Of a stretch of 64,000 nt of DNA, positions 1 to 13,739 are shown one piece after another (within the stretch, counting starts at the first letter, position 1; every line of letters starts with the position of its first letter). Location: positions 37,388,001-37,452,000 of the forward strand of contig NC_086109.1 in NCBI RefSeq assembly GCF_963921235.1, written 5' to 3'. The notes under the pieces are model-generated. The model saw only the letters and a list, made by a program, of their open reading frames with translations, did not search any database and was not told the origin of the DNA. A program made the translations under genes and the position numbers. Source of the stretch: Mobula hypostoma (Eukaryota).

Positions 1-1084
1 CTTGTCAGAGAAGCGACTTGGATCTGCTCTAATTTGCCTACTGCTCAAGGTATCTACTACAGATGCCATCTCTTTGGCTTTTCACTCTACCATGGGAAAT
101 CTGAACAGCAAAGATACATACTTCAGGAGGCTCTTTATTGACTACACCTTGATATTCAATATCATCATCCCCTCAAAAGTAATCAATAAGCTTCAAGACC
201 TTGCCCTCAATTCCTCCTTCTGCAATTAGATCCTCAATTTCCTCACTTGCAGAGCTGATTATTAACTTCAGGAGGAGAAAACCAGAGGTCCATGACCCAG
301 TCTTCATTAGAGTATCAGAGGTGGGGAGGATCAGCAACTTCAAATTCTTCAGTGTTATCATTCCAGAGGACCTGTCCTGGACTCAACTCAGCAAATACGA
401 AGAAAACACGGTAGCGCCTCTACCTGCTTAAAAGGTTGTGAAGATTCTGAATGACATCTCAAACATTGACAAAGTTCTACAGATGTGTAGTGGAGAGTAT
501 ATTGACTGGCTATCTCACAGCCTGCATAGAAACACTATGCCCTTGAATGGAAAATCCTACAAAAAGTGGTAGACACTGCCCATCACAGGTAAAACCCTCC
601 CAACCATTTGAGTACATCTACACAGAGCATCCATCTTCAGGGATTTCCACTACCCAAAGCATGCCCTCTTGTCGCTGCTGCCATCAGTCAGAAGGGTCAG
701 AAGCCTCAGGAGTCACACCACCAGGTTTAGGATCAATTACTACCCCTCAACTATCAGGTACTTGAACCAAAAAGGATAACTTCACTGAATTTCACATGTC
801 AATTACTAAAATATTCCCACAACCTATGGACTCACTTTCAAGGATTCTTCATATTGTGTTTTTGATATTTATTGTCTATTTATTTATTTATTATTATTTC
901 CTGCTTTTTGTATTTGCACACGTTGTTGTCTTTTGCACACTAATTGAACACTCAGTTGGTGCAGATTTTCATTGATTCAATTATTATTCTATTGTGGATT
1001 TATTGAATATGTTCAGAAGAAAATGAATCTCAGGGTTGCATATGGTGACATGAATGTACTTTGGTAATAAATTTTCTTTGAACG
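1..1084 (+). mobile_element. Decayed Rex1/Babar-type non-LTR retrotransposon, 3' part (RT C-terminus plus 3' UTR)
   Basis: Translates to STTDAISLAFH..NLNSKDTYFRRLFIDY..FNIIIPSK, the Rex/Babar RT signature ([29 protein letters not shown]). The 3' UTR (aagaaaatgaatctcagggt..ggtgaca..aataaatt) is shared with the copy at 17100-18370. Many stops and frameshifts. Confidence 0.8.
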
Positions 1085-1680
1085 TTAATGATGCTGAAAA
1101 ACGAATTCACACCTTTATATTGAATAGACGAGATTACTGCAATACACTTTTTAATGGTCTTCCAAAGCAATTTATTGTCAAAGTTCAACTCATTCAAAAT
1201 GTTGGTGTTAGACTTTTAACTAACAGGATGAGGGAGCATATCACCCCTGTACTTGCTGCTCTGCATTGGTTTCCTGTATCTTTTAAAATTATTGTTAAAA
1301 TCTTTCACTTTTTGTTTATGCTTTCAATGTCCTGGGAGCAGAGAATATCACAGAATTGCTTTCGTTTTGTAATCCTGCTCAAGCTCTCAGGTCTTCTTCC
1401 ACCGGGCTCTTAAATTTAAACAATCTCCTCAAAAAATAATTGGCAGGTCAGTTTTTCATCACCTACACTCCGAAACTGTGGAACTCAATTTCTAAAACCA
1501 TGAAAGGTGCAGACTCAGCTAACACTTTTAAATGCTTGCTCAAAACTTATTTATTTATCCTTGCTATTAACTAATATCTTTTTGTCTTTTATTTTTATGC
1601 TTGCACTTTATCCCATTGTAAGCACTTTGAACTGCTTCATTTTTGTGAAAAGTGCTTTATAGGTACAGTAAGTTATTATT
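1085..1680 (+). mobile_element. L2-type LINE 3' fragment
   Basis: ORF 1054-1413 contains DAEKRIHTFILNRRDYCNTLFNGLP...QLIQN...REHITPVLAALHWFPV, the typical L2 ORF2 C-terminus. It ends in an L2-like tail (tgtaagcactttga..gaaaagtgcttta..ttattatt). Confidence 0.8.
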
Positions 1681-2379
1681 AACATTATTTTTAAACTCTG
1701 TGAAGACTTGTTATGTACTTCATTTTATGGTAGTGACTTTCTTTTATTTCACTTAGATTGTACCAGTACTAAAAATAATCTAGATGTAATCCTTTTGGAG
1801 CATATTGAGCTTTAATTTTGCCAAATAAGTGATTTATCGCCAGTAAAATAAAGGGAAGTGATCTAAAAGCAATAACCGTACTGTTTGCCAAGTTGCTTCT
1901 AAGAAGGTCTTTTCTCAAGAAAAGGATTTGCTCTCCAATTTTACTTTCAATGCTCATCTGTTCCCCTTATAACCATTGCACCAGCTTCCCACCAGAATTC
2001 TCCATTATAATTATTCTTAATCTGGAAATAAAAATGCGGTTGTAGAATCATCTCGAATTTCCCTTCAAGCCACCTCCTTACTTAGACATGCATCGCTGCC
2101 TTTTCATAGAACATAGGACACAGAAATCTATAGCACATTACAGACCTTTTGGCCCACGATATTGTGCCGACCATGTAACCTTCTCTAGAACTGCCTAGAA
2201 TTTCCCTAGTACATAGCCTTCTATTTTTCTAACCTCCATGTACCTATCTAAGAGGCTCTTAAAAGCCCCTATTGTATCCGCTTCCACCACCGCCGCAGGC
2301 AGTGCGTGTTATTTCTAACATCCAGTAATTTGTCTCCCTCCTCCTCCCCTTTCCTTTGTGGTCCACTGTCCTCTTCTAT

Positions 2380-3200
2380 CAAATTCTTCCCTGATCAACA
2401 CCCTTGGCCACTGCACAGGACAGTGTCCAGAACCTTGGGATGATTTCCTTCAATAAACATTTAGCTACTGTAACTGCATCATTCTTTCGACAAGAAAATG
2501 CTTTCATGAAAATACATCAATAACGACCAATACCTATTTATATCCTTCACATGGACGTAATTCCATAAAATCCATCTGCAAATTAATGGACTGTCCATCA
2601 GAGGGTGTTGTATGAAATCTTCCTATCTTCACTAGTTTCCCTGGATTTTGTAAAATACATATCATACATTGTTCACAAACTTGATATATACCTTGCGATA
2701 AACCAGGGCATAGCATGTTTGATTTATAGAATTTATCAATTCCCTTCGCCAGTCTCCAGGGAAAGAGGCTACTGTACCCTGTGGGACAATGGAGCATTTG
2801 GGATGATGGTCACTTTATGCTACTCAGCTGTGAGCATCTTACCTGTTTCATTTGGCTGGAGGGCCCAAAGTTGCAGTGGGACTTTGGAGAGTAAAGGTTC
2901 CACATCAGCACTGAACAACTGCCCTGCGACAACTTCCTGTTCAAAGGTTGCCTCGCTCCCCAGGTACTAAAAGAAAGCCCTTACCTCCTTCCAATCACCA
3001 CAGACTCCACCCAGTTGTTACCATGAACTTCTGCCATGGCAGTCCTCGCAGACCCTTGACCATTGGTCCAAGGTCCTTTGCCACTTTACCACTGGAAATT
3101 GCTAGAGTTTGCAGAGGTTTCCTGTTCTCCTGATCTTGTATCATCCGCTGAACCTTATGGGGAAGTCTTACAGCCATTGCAATACCAGAATCACCCATGA
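2380..3200 (-). mobile_element. ERV1 (gamma/epsilon-like) endogenous retrovirus pol fragment: connection/RNase H remnant plus integrase N-terminus and core
   Basis: Minus-strand ORF 2534-2797 has CEQCMICILQNPGK (zinc-finger CxxC) and LQMDFMELRPCEGYK. It continues into VLVVIDVF..CRKNDAVTVAKCLLKEIIPRF. ORF 2995-3198 has SGKVAKDLGPMVKGL, resembling the SKKLDPVAKG motif. Confidence 0.75.
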
Positions 3201-5640
3201 TATTTTTTAAGTGTCTAGAGCAATTTATTTACTAATATACAGGTCCAATTTCTGATGCATCATCATAATCATCATTTTGTGCCATGTTGTATGACATAGG
3301 TGATCATGGCCTTTGACCATGATTGTTCTTGGCAATTTTTTCTACAGAAGTAGTTTGCCATTGCCTTCTTCTGGGCAGTGTCTTTACAAGATGGGTGACC
3401 CCAGCCATTATCAATACTTTAAAGAGGTTGGCTAGCTTTAGTGCTCACATAACCAAGGCATGTGATATGCACCAGCTGCTCATATGATTTTTCCATTGTA
3501 TATGTGGGATTAGCATTTCTACCTAAACAATGTGAGAAATTCTACCACCTGAAGAACAATGGGGGATGAGCTACAAATCCTAGACTTGCCAGTAACACCA
3601 ATATTGCATAATTGTTTTTAGAAGAAACTAAAATGTGAATAAAGCTTTTTTCAAATAGCTGTAAAGCTCTTTTCCATGTTAACTCCTAAACTCATGCAGA
3701 AAAGGCTAAGCAAGAAACCATGCTGATAAGAATGCTAATCTGTCATCAGATTGTATTAGTACTACAGCATGTGAAAATTGTTTCATATCATAATTCTATG
3801 AGTAAGTTCTGAGAGGCTCTCTAACTTATATGGCCAGTGCATTTCAGATGACATACCCTGAAAACAACATCCATTCATTCCCACCTATGGATAATCATGT
3901 GCTTTCTGAGCTTCCCAAACCAGCAGCTATGGAGTTAGTCTCATATTGCTCAAGCAGTTAATGCCCATCAACAGAATAAGATTATTTACAATGATATTGG
4001 GTCACAGCTTACCGCTCCAAGTTTCCATTTCAACTTGGAATCCCACATGAAATTCTCACAACATTCTGGAGCCCAGTAATATGAGATGTGCAGCCACAAA
4101 GCATCAGGCAGAGCAATGAGGAGGTCTCATTCCTAACACACCTGAAAGCTTCTGACAGCTGGCAAAGATGGAGAGGATCTTCATTACTTGTATAACCGGT
4201 TTGGGAAGTTGCCATTATTTTCATCAAGAATAACATGTATTATTCCATGTACATACTGTAATATAGCTGTGTACATATGCACATATGGAAATGCAGTTAA
4301 ATATTATATGCATTAGTTCAGTAATTATTCCAGACTATCTTCTAACTGGAGTTTATGTAATGTACATCTAGAAGTAAATTACTTCATATTTCATTGATGC
4401 ATTTATCCATAAATTGAATTGTTCCACTAAAGATGAGATAGAAATTAAGTGTGGGATGGAACAAACATTTTTTAATAAGCATCTTCAACTAAAAAATGTG
4501 CAAGGTCTAGATTAGTATCAAATACTCAACAGACCCTATCCTCCAAAAGGCCTTTCACTTCTCTACCACTAAATACACAGAACAATTAAGAAAGGCCACT
4601 TCTCGTTGCCTGAGTTTGGGGATGTTATGTGTTGGGAGAATGGAGTGGAAGTTGAAACAGCATTGGAAGGCTGAGGATTAGAAGATGCTGGGGGTTGAGA
4701 GTGGCAGGAGTGAGGAGGAATTGAAGGGGAAAGGGAAGTATAGCAGAGAATCTCATCATGGATCTGGCTGTGTCCAGTTGGGGTCTGTAGGAGTGCAGCT
4801 GAGAAGGAAGCTGCTGTCAGTGGCAGGTGGTAGCTGGTTGGTCATTGGTTAATATGATATGAGTCAACTCATGTTGGAAAACAAGGAGGGAGGAAAGAGC
4901 TGGAGATGTGGACGTAGACACTGGTAAAGGGGAAATGACATCCAAAGGAGATCTGGGAAATTATTTAACAAAGATCTACCTGAACTGGTAACAAATAAAC
5001 TCTGTACGGAATCCAGGAGAAATTTCAGCTCCTCACACCTGTTAGAATGTGGAGGTTATTATCTAAAAGGGGAATTGATATAAAGAGAAGAAGCAGAATC
5101 AAGATCAAGTTAGGTTGGTTTGTGAGAGAGAAGGCAGAAAGGTGTCTTGGTGAGGTTAGGTAGATTGGAAAAAGCTTGCATTACCATGACTTGGTGATTT
5201 AGTACAGTTGATTTATTTTTTAATTTTTTTGTTTTGGATTTTCTCATTAAGAATGAAACCGTTCCCCTGCTGCCTTTCTCCTTCCATAAGTCACCAATTC
5301 AACACAACATTCCTCACTCTTCAACAGCTTTCCCTTTCCTGTCTCGCACCTCCCTTTCATCCCCATCCTCATCACAGCTGAACCCACTTTTCATTCACCT
5401 ACTGCTGCAAAATGTAAACTGGTCATTCCTAAGATGCAGTGTCTATGTTCTGTATTAAATGTATTGTAGTTTAACAGAGATATAGATTTAAAATGGAAAC
5501 ATATATAACCATGATGCATGGGTTCTTAAGAAATTGTTAACAATGCCTATTTAAAACTGTATTTATATCATTCCTAACTGAATGCCTTAAACTTCAATTG
5601 GAAGCTACTTAGAGCGAGTCCCTTTGTGAAGTCTCGATTC

Positions 5641-5657
5641 CCACCAGCAGGCGGCAA
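5641..5657 (+). promoter_or_regulatory. CTCF-like motif about 300 bp upstream of the GPR37L1 start codon
   Basis: ccaccagcaggcggca resembles the CTCF core CCASYAGRKGGC with one mismatch. Motif match only. Confidence 0.3.
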
Positions 5658-5947
5658 TTAAACCTTCTCCTTTATATTCGCCAATGATGGGATCGAGAAT
5701 AATAAGGTTTGGGAGAGAGTTGACGTTTGGGACGATTACTTTGCAATAAATTGCTCAGATTTGAGAGGCAGAGTCTCGATGTAGTAACTGAGGGGTATTC
5801 TTCTAGCAAGCAGCGAGCGGCGGAAGATTTTGCAAGAAAATAAAAGCTGCAAAGCAGCCAGTGGGTGGCTTTTTCGAAAGGGTGGGAGTGATCCTGTCGT
5901 GTAGAGTCAGTAGTTAATCTGGTGACGCTGGTGAGAAAGTCGGGGAA

Positions 5948-6751
5948 ATGTCTCTCTCTCTCGCTGTTTTATTTGTGCTCCAGGTTTTTGTCTTCGGATC
6001 AACAGCCTCTGGCATCTCTGAAGGGCTGCCTGACCTGAGGATGGATATCAGGGAAGAGATGGGGGACTTAAGGCTGGAAGATAAAGAGAATGGCGCTCAG
6101 CTTCTACTTGAAGGCAAGATGGAAGGAACAGGTGCACCAAATCTTAACTGGGGTTCAGAAAAGTTGAGAAAAGTGAGTTCTGGAGAAATGTTACGAAATA
6201 TAACTGTCTTTACCCTGAAGCCCGAGATGAGAGTACAGCGGGGGACGGGTGAGAATGGCAAAGTTGTCTCCGAGGAGTCAACAGCCGCTTCTCTGCAAAA
6301 CAACTCAATGGAGTCTCGCCACTTCTCGCCAACCCACTTCCAAATCACTTCGAGGATCCCTCTTTCTTCGCTCATAGATGAAGGGACGCAAACACAAGAT
6401 GAAGGTACGGGTCGAATTCCCAGTGAACAGCGGAATGAAGTGGAGACGACGGCGGAGAGGCTTCAACTGGAGAGCAATCTGTACTCGGTCACTGACACCA
6501 CTTACAGTGCGTACGCGGTGGTTCTTCTCTCTCTGATACTTTTCATCGTCGGTAACATTGGAAACCTGGCCGTGATGTGCATTGTTTGCCACAACTATTA
6601 CATGAAGAGCGCCTGGAACAATATTCTGGCTGGCATGGCTTGTTGGGACTTCTTCGTCATCTTCTTCTGTCTGCCTGTGGTTGTCTTCAATGAGATCACA
6701 AAGAAACGGTTGCTTGGAGACATCGGCTGTAAGGTCGTGCCTTACTTGGAG
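5948..6751 (+). CDS. GPR37L1: GPR37-like 1 (orphan class A GPCR), coding exon 1: signal peptide, long N-terminus, TM1-TM3 start
   Basis: ATG at 5948 with a hydrophobic signal peptide. [46 protein letters not shown] matches GPR37L1 rather than GPR37 (KSAWN, FNEITK, RLLGD). Donor GAG|gtaag at 6751/6752, phase 0, 268 codons. Confidence 0.93.
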
Positions 6752-9700
6752 GTAAGATCACTCGAGCCTTGTGCCAAGGGAAAGTTGCTCTGTTGGTCAG
6801 GTTAACGCGGTTAACTGTTGCTTTCCGAATACAATATTTACCAAGAGCCGCGTAAACTTAGTGTAACCTCACAAAATCTGCCTGGTGGCTGCATCTCCAA
6901 GGGTTTCATGAACACTACATTGGGTAGGTACATCATCAGAAAACTCAAGCTGTTTCTAAGATAACTCTTAGGGTTTCAAATTCGTCAAAGAAGACCAAAA
7001 TAAAAACGAAAGTCTCTTTAAAACAGAATAAAGCAATTTTATACAATTTTCTTAGCACCAGTCTCCATTTTGTGTGCACCTTTTTGGGTAAATATTTGAT
7101 TTTCTCTAGTGTTTCCATTTTCTGGGTCAAACCTGCCTGATGACATAATCTTTAATTTTTTTTCAAAAGCAACCACTGTTCACTTAAAGAACCTGCTTTC
7201 ACTAAGGCTGAAAAGTGGAGCACAACTTTATTTAAAGGACCAAACATTCCAAACTTCTGTTTGCTGGAATAGTGCTGCACCACCTTTCCCCCAACATGAC
7301 ACATAATGACGATGTTGACTATCTCCTAGCATTGATCACATTAACATTGCCCTTCCTCTTACACATCACTGCAACAGAAAGGAACTCCCATTGCCCATTT
7401 GTCACTTCAGAAGTTGCTCTCATGTTTGACAAGACTATGCAAAGGGTATCTTGGGGAACCAGAGGAACCTCATCTCCTCAGTGATAGAAGGGTTCAGCAA
7501 GGCCTAACACTACTGTACATTGATATGAATCCATGCTCTTATACTGGAATAATGTCCATCTAGACTGTGCTTCCACATCCTAATTCTCAGTCCCACCCTT
7601 AACTTCATGAAAACTAAAGTACAAGCTCACAAATGTGCCTGCACATTGTTGCAGTGGCCTGAAATATTACTCTTAATCTCAATTTACTAATCATTGCAGC
7701 CTGCAGTTGCTAATATACACCACATATCGCTGTTCTGTTCAGGAGGTTGTTGACACTCTGTACTCCACAAGGCCAGGCATCACCTGCTTGTGCACAAGCT
7801 CACTGGAAAAGACAGACCAGCCATGGGGATTTGTTGCTGAAGTACAGCTATTTGTAGGTTTTGTAGCTGAGGAGTGTTGCTGGTGAAGTGTTTGCCTTTA
7901 GGGACTACCTGAGACATGCTCCATTGTACATCTAAGCATTGGCATCTTGAGAAAACCAGAGAGAGTTTCTGAATTAGCATGCTACAGTATTAAGTGATGG
8001 ACCTTAACACTATCATTGTTAAACAGTAATTTTGAATTTTTTTCACTTAGAGCTTTTTTTGGAATAATGTTAAGATGACGTCCTCATTTCTCAAAACATT
8101 GAGGGAGGCTATCGGCCAATCAGAATCCTCCCATCCGTCCCGTTCTGCATTTCCCTGTAACCTATCTGACTCATACTGCACCCTGATTGTTTCGTCACCT
8201 GCCTATACTGGGAGTAGTTCACTTCAACTATTTAGCCTACCAGTCATCGTTGTCCTTGGGACGAGTGAGGAAGGCGGAACACCAAATAAGATGTGCGATC
8301 TCCACAAAAGTAGCACCAGAGGTCAGGTCAGGTCACTGATGGTATAGGAGAGCAGCACTAGTGTTGTGCAGCTGTGCAGCTTTATAAGCAATATAGTTAA
8401 TTGCAAATAAAAAAGGCCATTATATTTCCAGGTGTTGATTCCTTGAATATAAATGTGTTATGGTGATTGACACCTACGTGGTACACCAATGAAAGAGCTC
8501 ATCAACAATGCTTTAAGTGATACAGTGTCAAATTTTGAGATTCATTTAGAAGTTCTTTAAGCTGTCTTTAAGATCTGTGGAGGCAAGTGTATCACATTAC
8601 CTGCAGAGGTATTGCCTTCGGTTCAAGTTTGCCTCAGATACCCTCAAAGACCACAGACAGGTGCTCTTGTTGAGAAGTACCCAGGAAAGTCCCTGTAAAG
8701 ATATGGATGCAAATGGCTGTACTTTGGGCAAGCCTGTAATGGTAGCATGTGCCTATGCTTGGCCCGCCTTCTCTCGTGCAATAAGTGAAATCTGGCCTTG
8801 CGGAGTAGAGAGTGTCAGTGACCTCCCTGATGAAGAAGAACTGTGATGTGTAGGGACATAGGAGTAGGAGAGCACCTTGCTCTTCAAGCATGCCCCACTA
8901 TTCAACATTATCATGTCTGATCTGCCCTAGGCCTTGCCTCTCTTTTTATGTTGGTTTCCCTCGTGGCTTTCAAAAATAGTAGCTTTCAAAAATGTATCTA
9001 CCTCCTCTTTACATATCCCTCATGATCCAACCTCCACAGCTCTCCAGGGCAGAGAATTCCTGAGATTCACCAGCATCCATGTCATATATCAGCAGAGAAA
9101 GCTGTAAGTGAGCAGCTGTTTTCGTCTCTGAATGCAGGTTTACTGTGATTGTTCATTTTTGATAACATTGCCCTGAGCCTTCAGATTGAGGGAAGGCTAG
9201 CTCAGCTCTGAGTAAAACCAGCTTTACTCTGACCAGTCAAAGAAATGACAATGTGTTTCAATATCTCACTGGCTTGTTTTTGGTATTGCCCTATCATTGA
9301 TGTTACTTTGATATCACAAAAACAACACCAGTAAATAATGAAAATCTTGATCCTAAATTAATATGTGATGATTCAGAATGGCACGAAATCATCCAGAAAT
9401 GTGTATAAAATTGCTTCTCTCTGCACTTACATGATTTTCAACTGCACAACACAGTCTTCTTTAACCTTGCACAAATGAATTTCCAGGGCATTACCATTGC
9501 ATAACTGCTGACTGTCTAATAGTGGGGACTTGGCAGGTCTTGTTACAAGGTGACCCCCTTCTCTTTTAAATTAAACTAAATAGAAGCATTTCCCTTAAAG
9601 ATCAGCTGCAGGAAGTTCGAAGAAGCAAAGCAGTACAATATCAAAGGATCTTTCAGAAGTTCATTTTGTTTGAAAGTTTTGGCATTCTGCTTTGATTATA

Positions 9701-10557
9701 CAAATAAGAAAGATGTAACTGTTCTTTGTGACCATGACAGCGGTGCATTGTACATTACATAATGTCAAATACACGTGGGAGGGAATTATTAAGGATTGGA
9801 TGAAGCAATGTAGAGAGGTTGCTGTTTATTTAAAGAGATTTTTTAAATATTTCACTGTTTGAATTCAGTCTCAACTTTAATGTTTTGAAGTTAAACTGAA
9901 GGGCAAATACTGTTTTTGGAAATGTGTTGAAACCAAGTAGTGAGATTGATATTATTCTCATCACTAATTGGATTCTGCAGTCCAAGAATAAATAGTTTTC
10001 AAATGCATGTGTGCAATTTTTAACATAATTAAGTACACTGCTTGGCCACACTATGTGCCAAATATTTGTGTCAGTTGCACAAAATGAGTATATTCAAAAA
10101 TGGAATGGTATGTCCATTCTTGAAATTAAAGTTGTTATAATGCTGTGTTTTGACAATAAATTCCAATATATTAAATTTATAATCATAATTCAGGATCATG
10201 CACATGCCATAGTAGAAATAATTAATAAATGTTCTATTATTGTAGGTTTTTTTATTAATATGATTTAGTGGTTCTGCTAAATGCATTGTTATATTTGGCT
10301 GGACATTTTACGTTCAATTGAAATAATCTCATTTAGTCTTAATTAAATAAAATATGAAACACCATTGTGCAATTCTTACAAGGGTTTTAACTATTGTATA
10401 ATTATTTTGAGTGGAAGTTTTAGGCATTGCTGGTGCAGAATGATTGCAGTACTTGTGCACAAAACAAAGATCAATAAACCTTACGAGTGTCTCTGAGATA
10501 GTTATCATGTAGGCAATAATACAGTATCCTTTCACATTAATTTGTTTTAATTTCCAG

Positions 10558-11364
10558 GTCTCTTGTCTTGGGGTCACCACCTTTAGTTTGTGCGCACTAA
10601 GTATTGACAGGTTTCGTTCTGCAACAACTGTACAGTCACAAATTAGGCTGATAGAAAGTTGTCTGTCTATCGTGGCTAAGATGGCAGTCATCTGGATAGG
10701 ATCCATGTTACTGGCACTCCCTGAAGTTCTTCTCTGGCAATTGGACCAAAAGACTTCCATTATCTCTGGAGTGGTCACCGATTATTGTATCATTCAAACA
10801 TCCTCAAACCTTCCTGAGCATATCTACGGACTTGCGCTAACCTATGAGAATTCCAGGATGTGGTGGTATTTTGGCTGCTACTTTTGCTTGCCTATCATTT
10901 TTTCTGTTACCTGCCAATTAGTGACAAGAAGGGTAAAAAGCACAGAAAACAAATCTGACGTCAAAACTACATCTAAGTTTGCCCATTATGAAAGTCAGAG
11001 GAACTATACATTGATTGGTCTCACCATCCTCTACGGCTGCTGTATCATACCAGAAAATATCTGTAACATTGTGGTGGCCTATACCATCCCTGAAATCTCC
11101 AAGGAGACCATTGATTTACTCAACATCATTAATCAGTTCTTTCTGTTTTTTAAGTCATCTGTCACACCAGTGTTGGTCCTCTGCCTCTGGAAGCCTTTGG
11201 GCCATGCCTTTATGAATTGTTGTTGTTGTTGCTGTGATGAATGTTCCCCAGAGCCCTCAGGAACTGATGCTCACGACAGCAAGATGAAGATGGAAATGGC
11301 ATCCATATTCTGTGATAATCCCAAGGAAAACTCTGCAATGATGACTCTCGGTACCCAGTGTTGA
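10558..11364 (+). CDS. GPR37L1: GPR37-like 1, coding exon 2: TM3-TM7, Cys-rich tail, PDZ-type C-terminus
   Basis: Acceptor tttgttttaatttccag|GTC at 10557/10558, in frame with exon 1. VSCLGVTTFSLCALSIDRF, LLWQL, RMWWYFGCYFCLP, CCCCCC and the ending LGTQC* (human GPR37L1 ends LGTPC). Confidence 0.93.
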   Translation, partial: VSCLGVTTFSLCALSIDRFRSATTVQSQIRLIESCLSIVAKMAVIWIGSMLLALPEVLLWQLDQKTSIISGVVTDYCIIQTSSNLPEHIYGLALTYENSRMWWYFGCYFCLPIIFSVTCQLVTRRVKSTENKSDVKTTSKFAHYESQRNYTLIGLTILYGCCIIPENICNIVVAYTIPEISKETIDLLNIINQFFLFFKSSVTPVLVLCLWKPLGHAFMNCCCCCCDECSPEPSGTDAHDSKMKMEMASIFCDNPKENSAMMTLGTQC

Positions 11365-11603
11365 TGCGACAATCTCTTGGAATTTGAATGATTCTTTAAA
11401 GCTGAACAGTGAAGATACCTAGCATCAGCCCTTCGTAGACAGCCAATTGTTTTACTGATCTGTGCACAGCAGTAGGTATTTTAACTGCCTGTTGAACTTC
11501 TACACTAGCAGATGTTTAGTTTGCTCTGTAAGTTCTTGCTTTGATAGCAATCCAAGACTGTATGTGAATAACTATATTTTTGTGTTTCAGCTCTACTTTA
11601 GAT

Positions 11604-11632
11604 AATAAAATATTTTTTCATGATTTAATAAA
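11604..11632 (+). terminator. Candidate polyadenylation signals of the GPR37L1 3' UTR
   Basis: AATAAA at 11604 and 11627, with further copies near 11722 and 12102. Which one is used is unknown. Confidence 0.35.
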
Positions 11633-13739
11633 ACACTGTTACAAAGTATTAAAAGGACATGTTATAGCAGAATATCAGTAATATGCCCAAGTGTTTCAAT
11701 AGTAGGTCTCCAATTGTATAAAATAAAGTATGTCTAACATTCTAACAATCTTTTAATTTAATTTTATGATATGTTTGCTCAGACACATTTAATCATGATG
11801 TATTATTGTTACATTGGGTTACTATTTACACAAAGAACATTGTCCATCATGGTCAAAAGTAACATATCTATTGTATATTAAGTAACATCTATAATTATGT
11901 TTTTTTGGATATTGTTTTATATCACTTTTATTCTAGAGCCCCAGAACACACAAAAAAATGCTGTTAGGAAACTGTAGATTTTATAAACTGTTAGGTTAAT
12001 AGATGTGTATTGCATTCACAGTATGATATGTTGAAAACGCAGAACCTGGCATATAACTGTAGGACAGGGATAAACAGTACTTTGTTAGGTCTGCTGTGTC
12101 AAATAAAAAGGTGACCAGATCATTTTGGTTTTCAGTGCATGGAGCTTTTGCCTTTGTCTTATTTTGCGAACTTTCAATAATTAAATGTTAGGTCCATGCC
12201 ATTTAATTTCCTATTCTTGCGTGCATCAAAAGTATACATTGACTGATATTAAAAGGTACTACTCACTACATACTGCCAATATAATGCTAGAAAGCAAAGT
12301 ATTTACAACGATGTAAGATTATCAGCGTAAGATCATCTCAAATGACTATGTTTCACACTGACTGCAGAAGAAATCCGATGTGCTAAGTAGGTTTAAAATA
12401 GAAATGTGAAAAATCTGTAGTATTAGTACAATAGATTTAAGCAAGTGAAAATGTATTGACTATTGTTGATCACTAATAATCAATGCATTTTATATTATTT
12501 GCACCAAAACTGTTCTATCTGGACCTGCGATTGCATTGATGGGGCAGCATTTTTTCTCAATACCTGAGCACACAGATGTATACATTTCTAGTCCACATTA
12601 AATAGGTGTTGGCAGAAGAACTTTAAATGCCCTTGGTACTCTGGAATGGCAAAAGCTGAACAAAAATAGGAGGGCTTATATAGCTCACACTTGCGTGTCA
12701 GAACAAAACTGTTCAACTCAAATCTGTATATTACATATGGACTGGACAAGATTCAAATTTAAGTATAGGTAGAGGTCGGGAATAAATTCAGCTATAAGAT
12801 GTGGGTAAGATTCTGCCCTATGATGAACTTAATCAGCTGAGAAATTTATAACGTTAAGGTAATGAAGCACATAACAACTAACTTCAGTAGAGCTTTCAAC
12901 TTTTTCCTTAAAGGATTGCAACATACTGTACATCTCTAGAAGCTCAATGATTAAGTTAAATCAAACTTTATATATTTTGTAACTATGCTCCCCTTGGTGT
13001 AATGCTTCAGTAGACTACAATATTGCTACTACAATACAGTACCAATAAATAGGCATTTCTATGGTCACATGGCAACAGCCATTGAAAATGTCTGACTTAA
13101 TGTGTCAGGAGCAGTCATGGGTAACTAATTTACAAACTGGAACTGCCGTGTTCTGCAGAGTTGAAGCTTAGATCAGACTTGTACTGACATCTAATTTACC
13201 AAGAAAGGTCTACTTCTGGTAAATGTCTTACTGCCCTTCCTACTGGTCTTCTATTTAGATCTGTCAGTCAATTGTTGATTTGAGGGGAATGCTAATAAGC
13301 ACCACTTGTCATCCATCAATTGTAGTAAGGCTGTGGAGGTTTGCTTGGAACTGTCAGAACCACTGATGTTATTATTTGTCTGAATGTATTTCTAATAACT
13401 GGAAAAGTAAAAAAAGATTATTTTAAAAACTGCAACACAAACTAAATTATTTCCAAATCATGCCTCTGTTATCAAGCTTCAATTTTTCTATAAGATCATG
13501 AACAACGATGATATATTTCTTAGTTTTACGTATAAACATCACTTGTCACTGGTGAATCAATTGAGAGAATGACATATTCCACCTTGGAGTGCAGTACAGG
13601 CTGTACGGGCTGAAAAGCCCCATATTGTGTCGTGAACACCTGTGGCGATCTGGCAATGGCGAAAGGAGAGATAAAGGTTCATATTAGTGGCAGAAATGGG
13701 AATCTGATCAGGTTGAGGGGGATATCTGCACAATCTAGT

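Noticed and set aside
6752..6805. C-terminal [17 protein letters not shown] of ORF 5948-6805
   Set aside because: Read-through into the intron past a canonical GT donor; receptor homology resumes at 10558.
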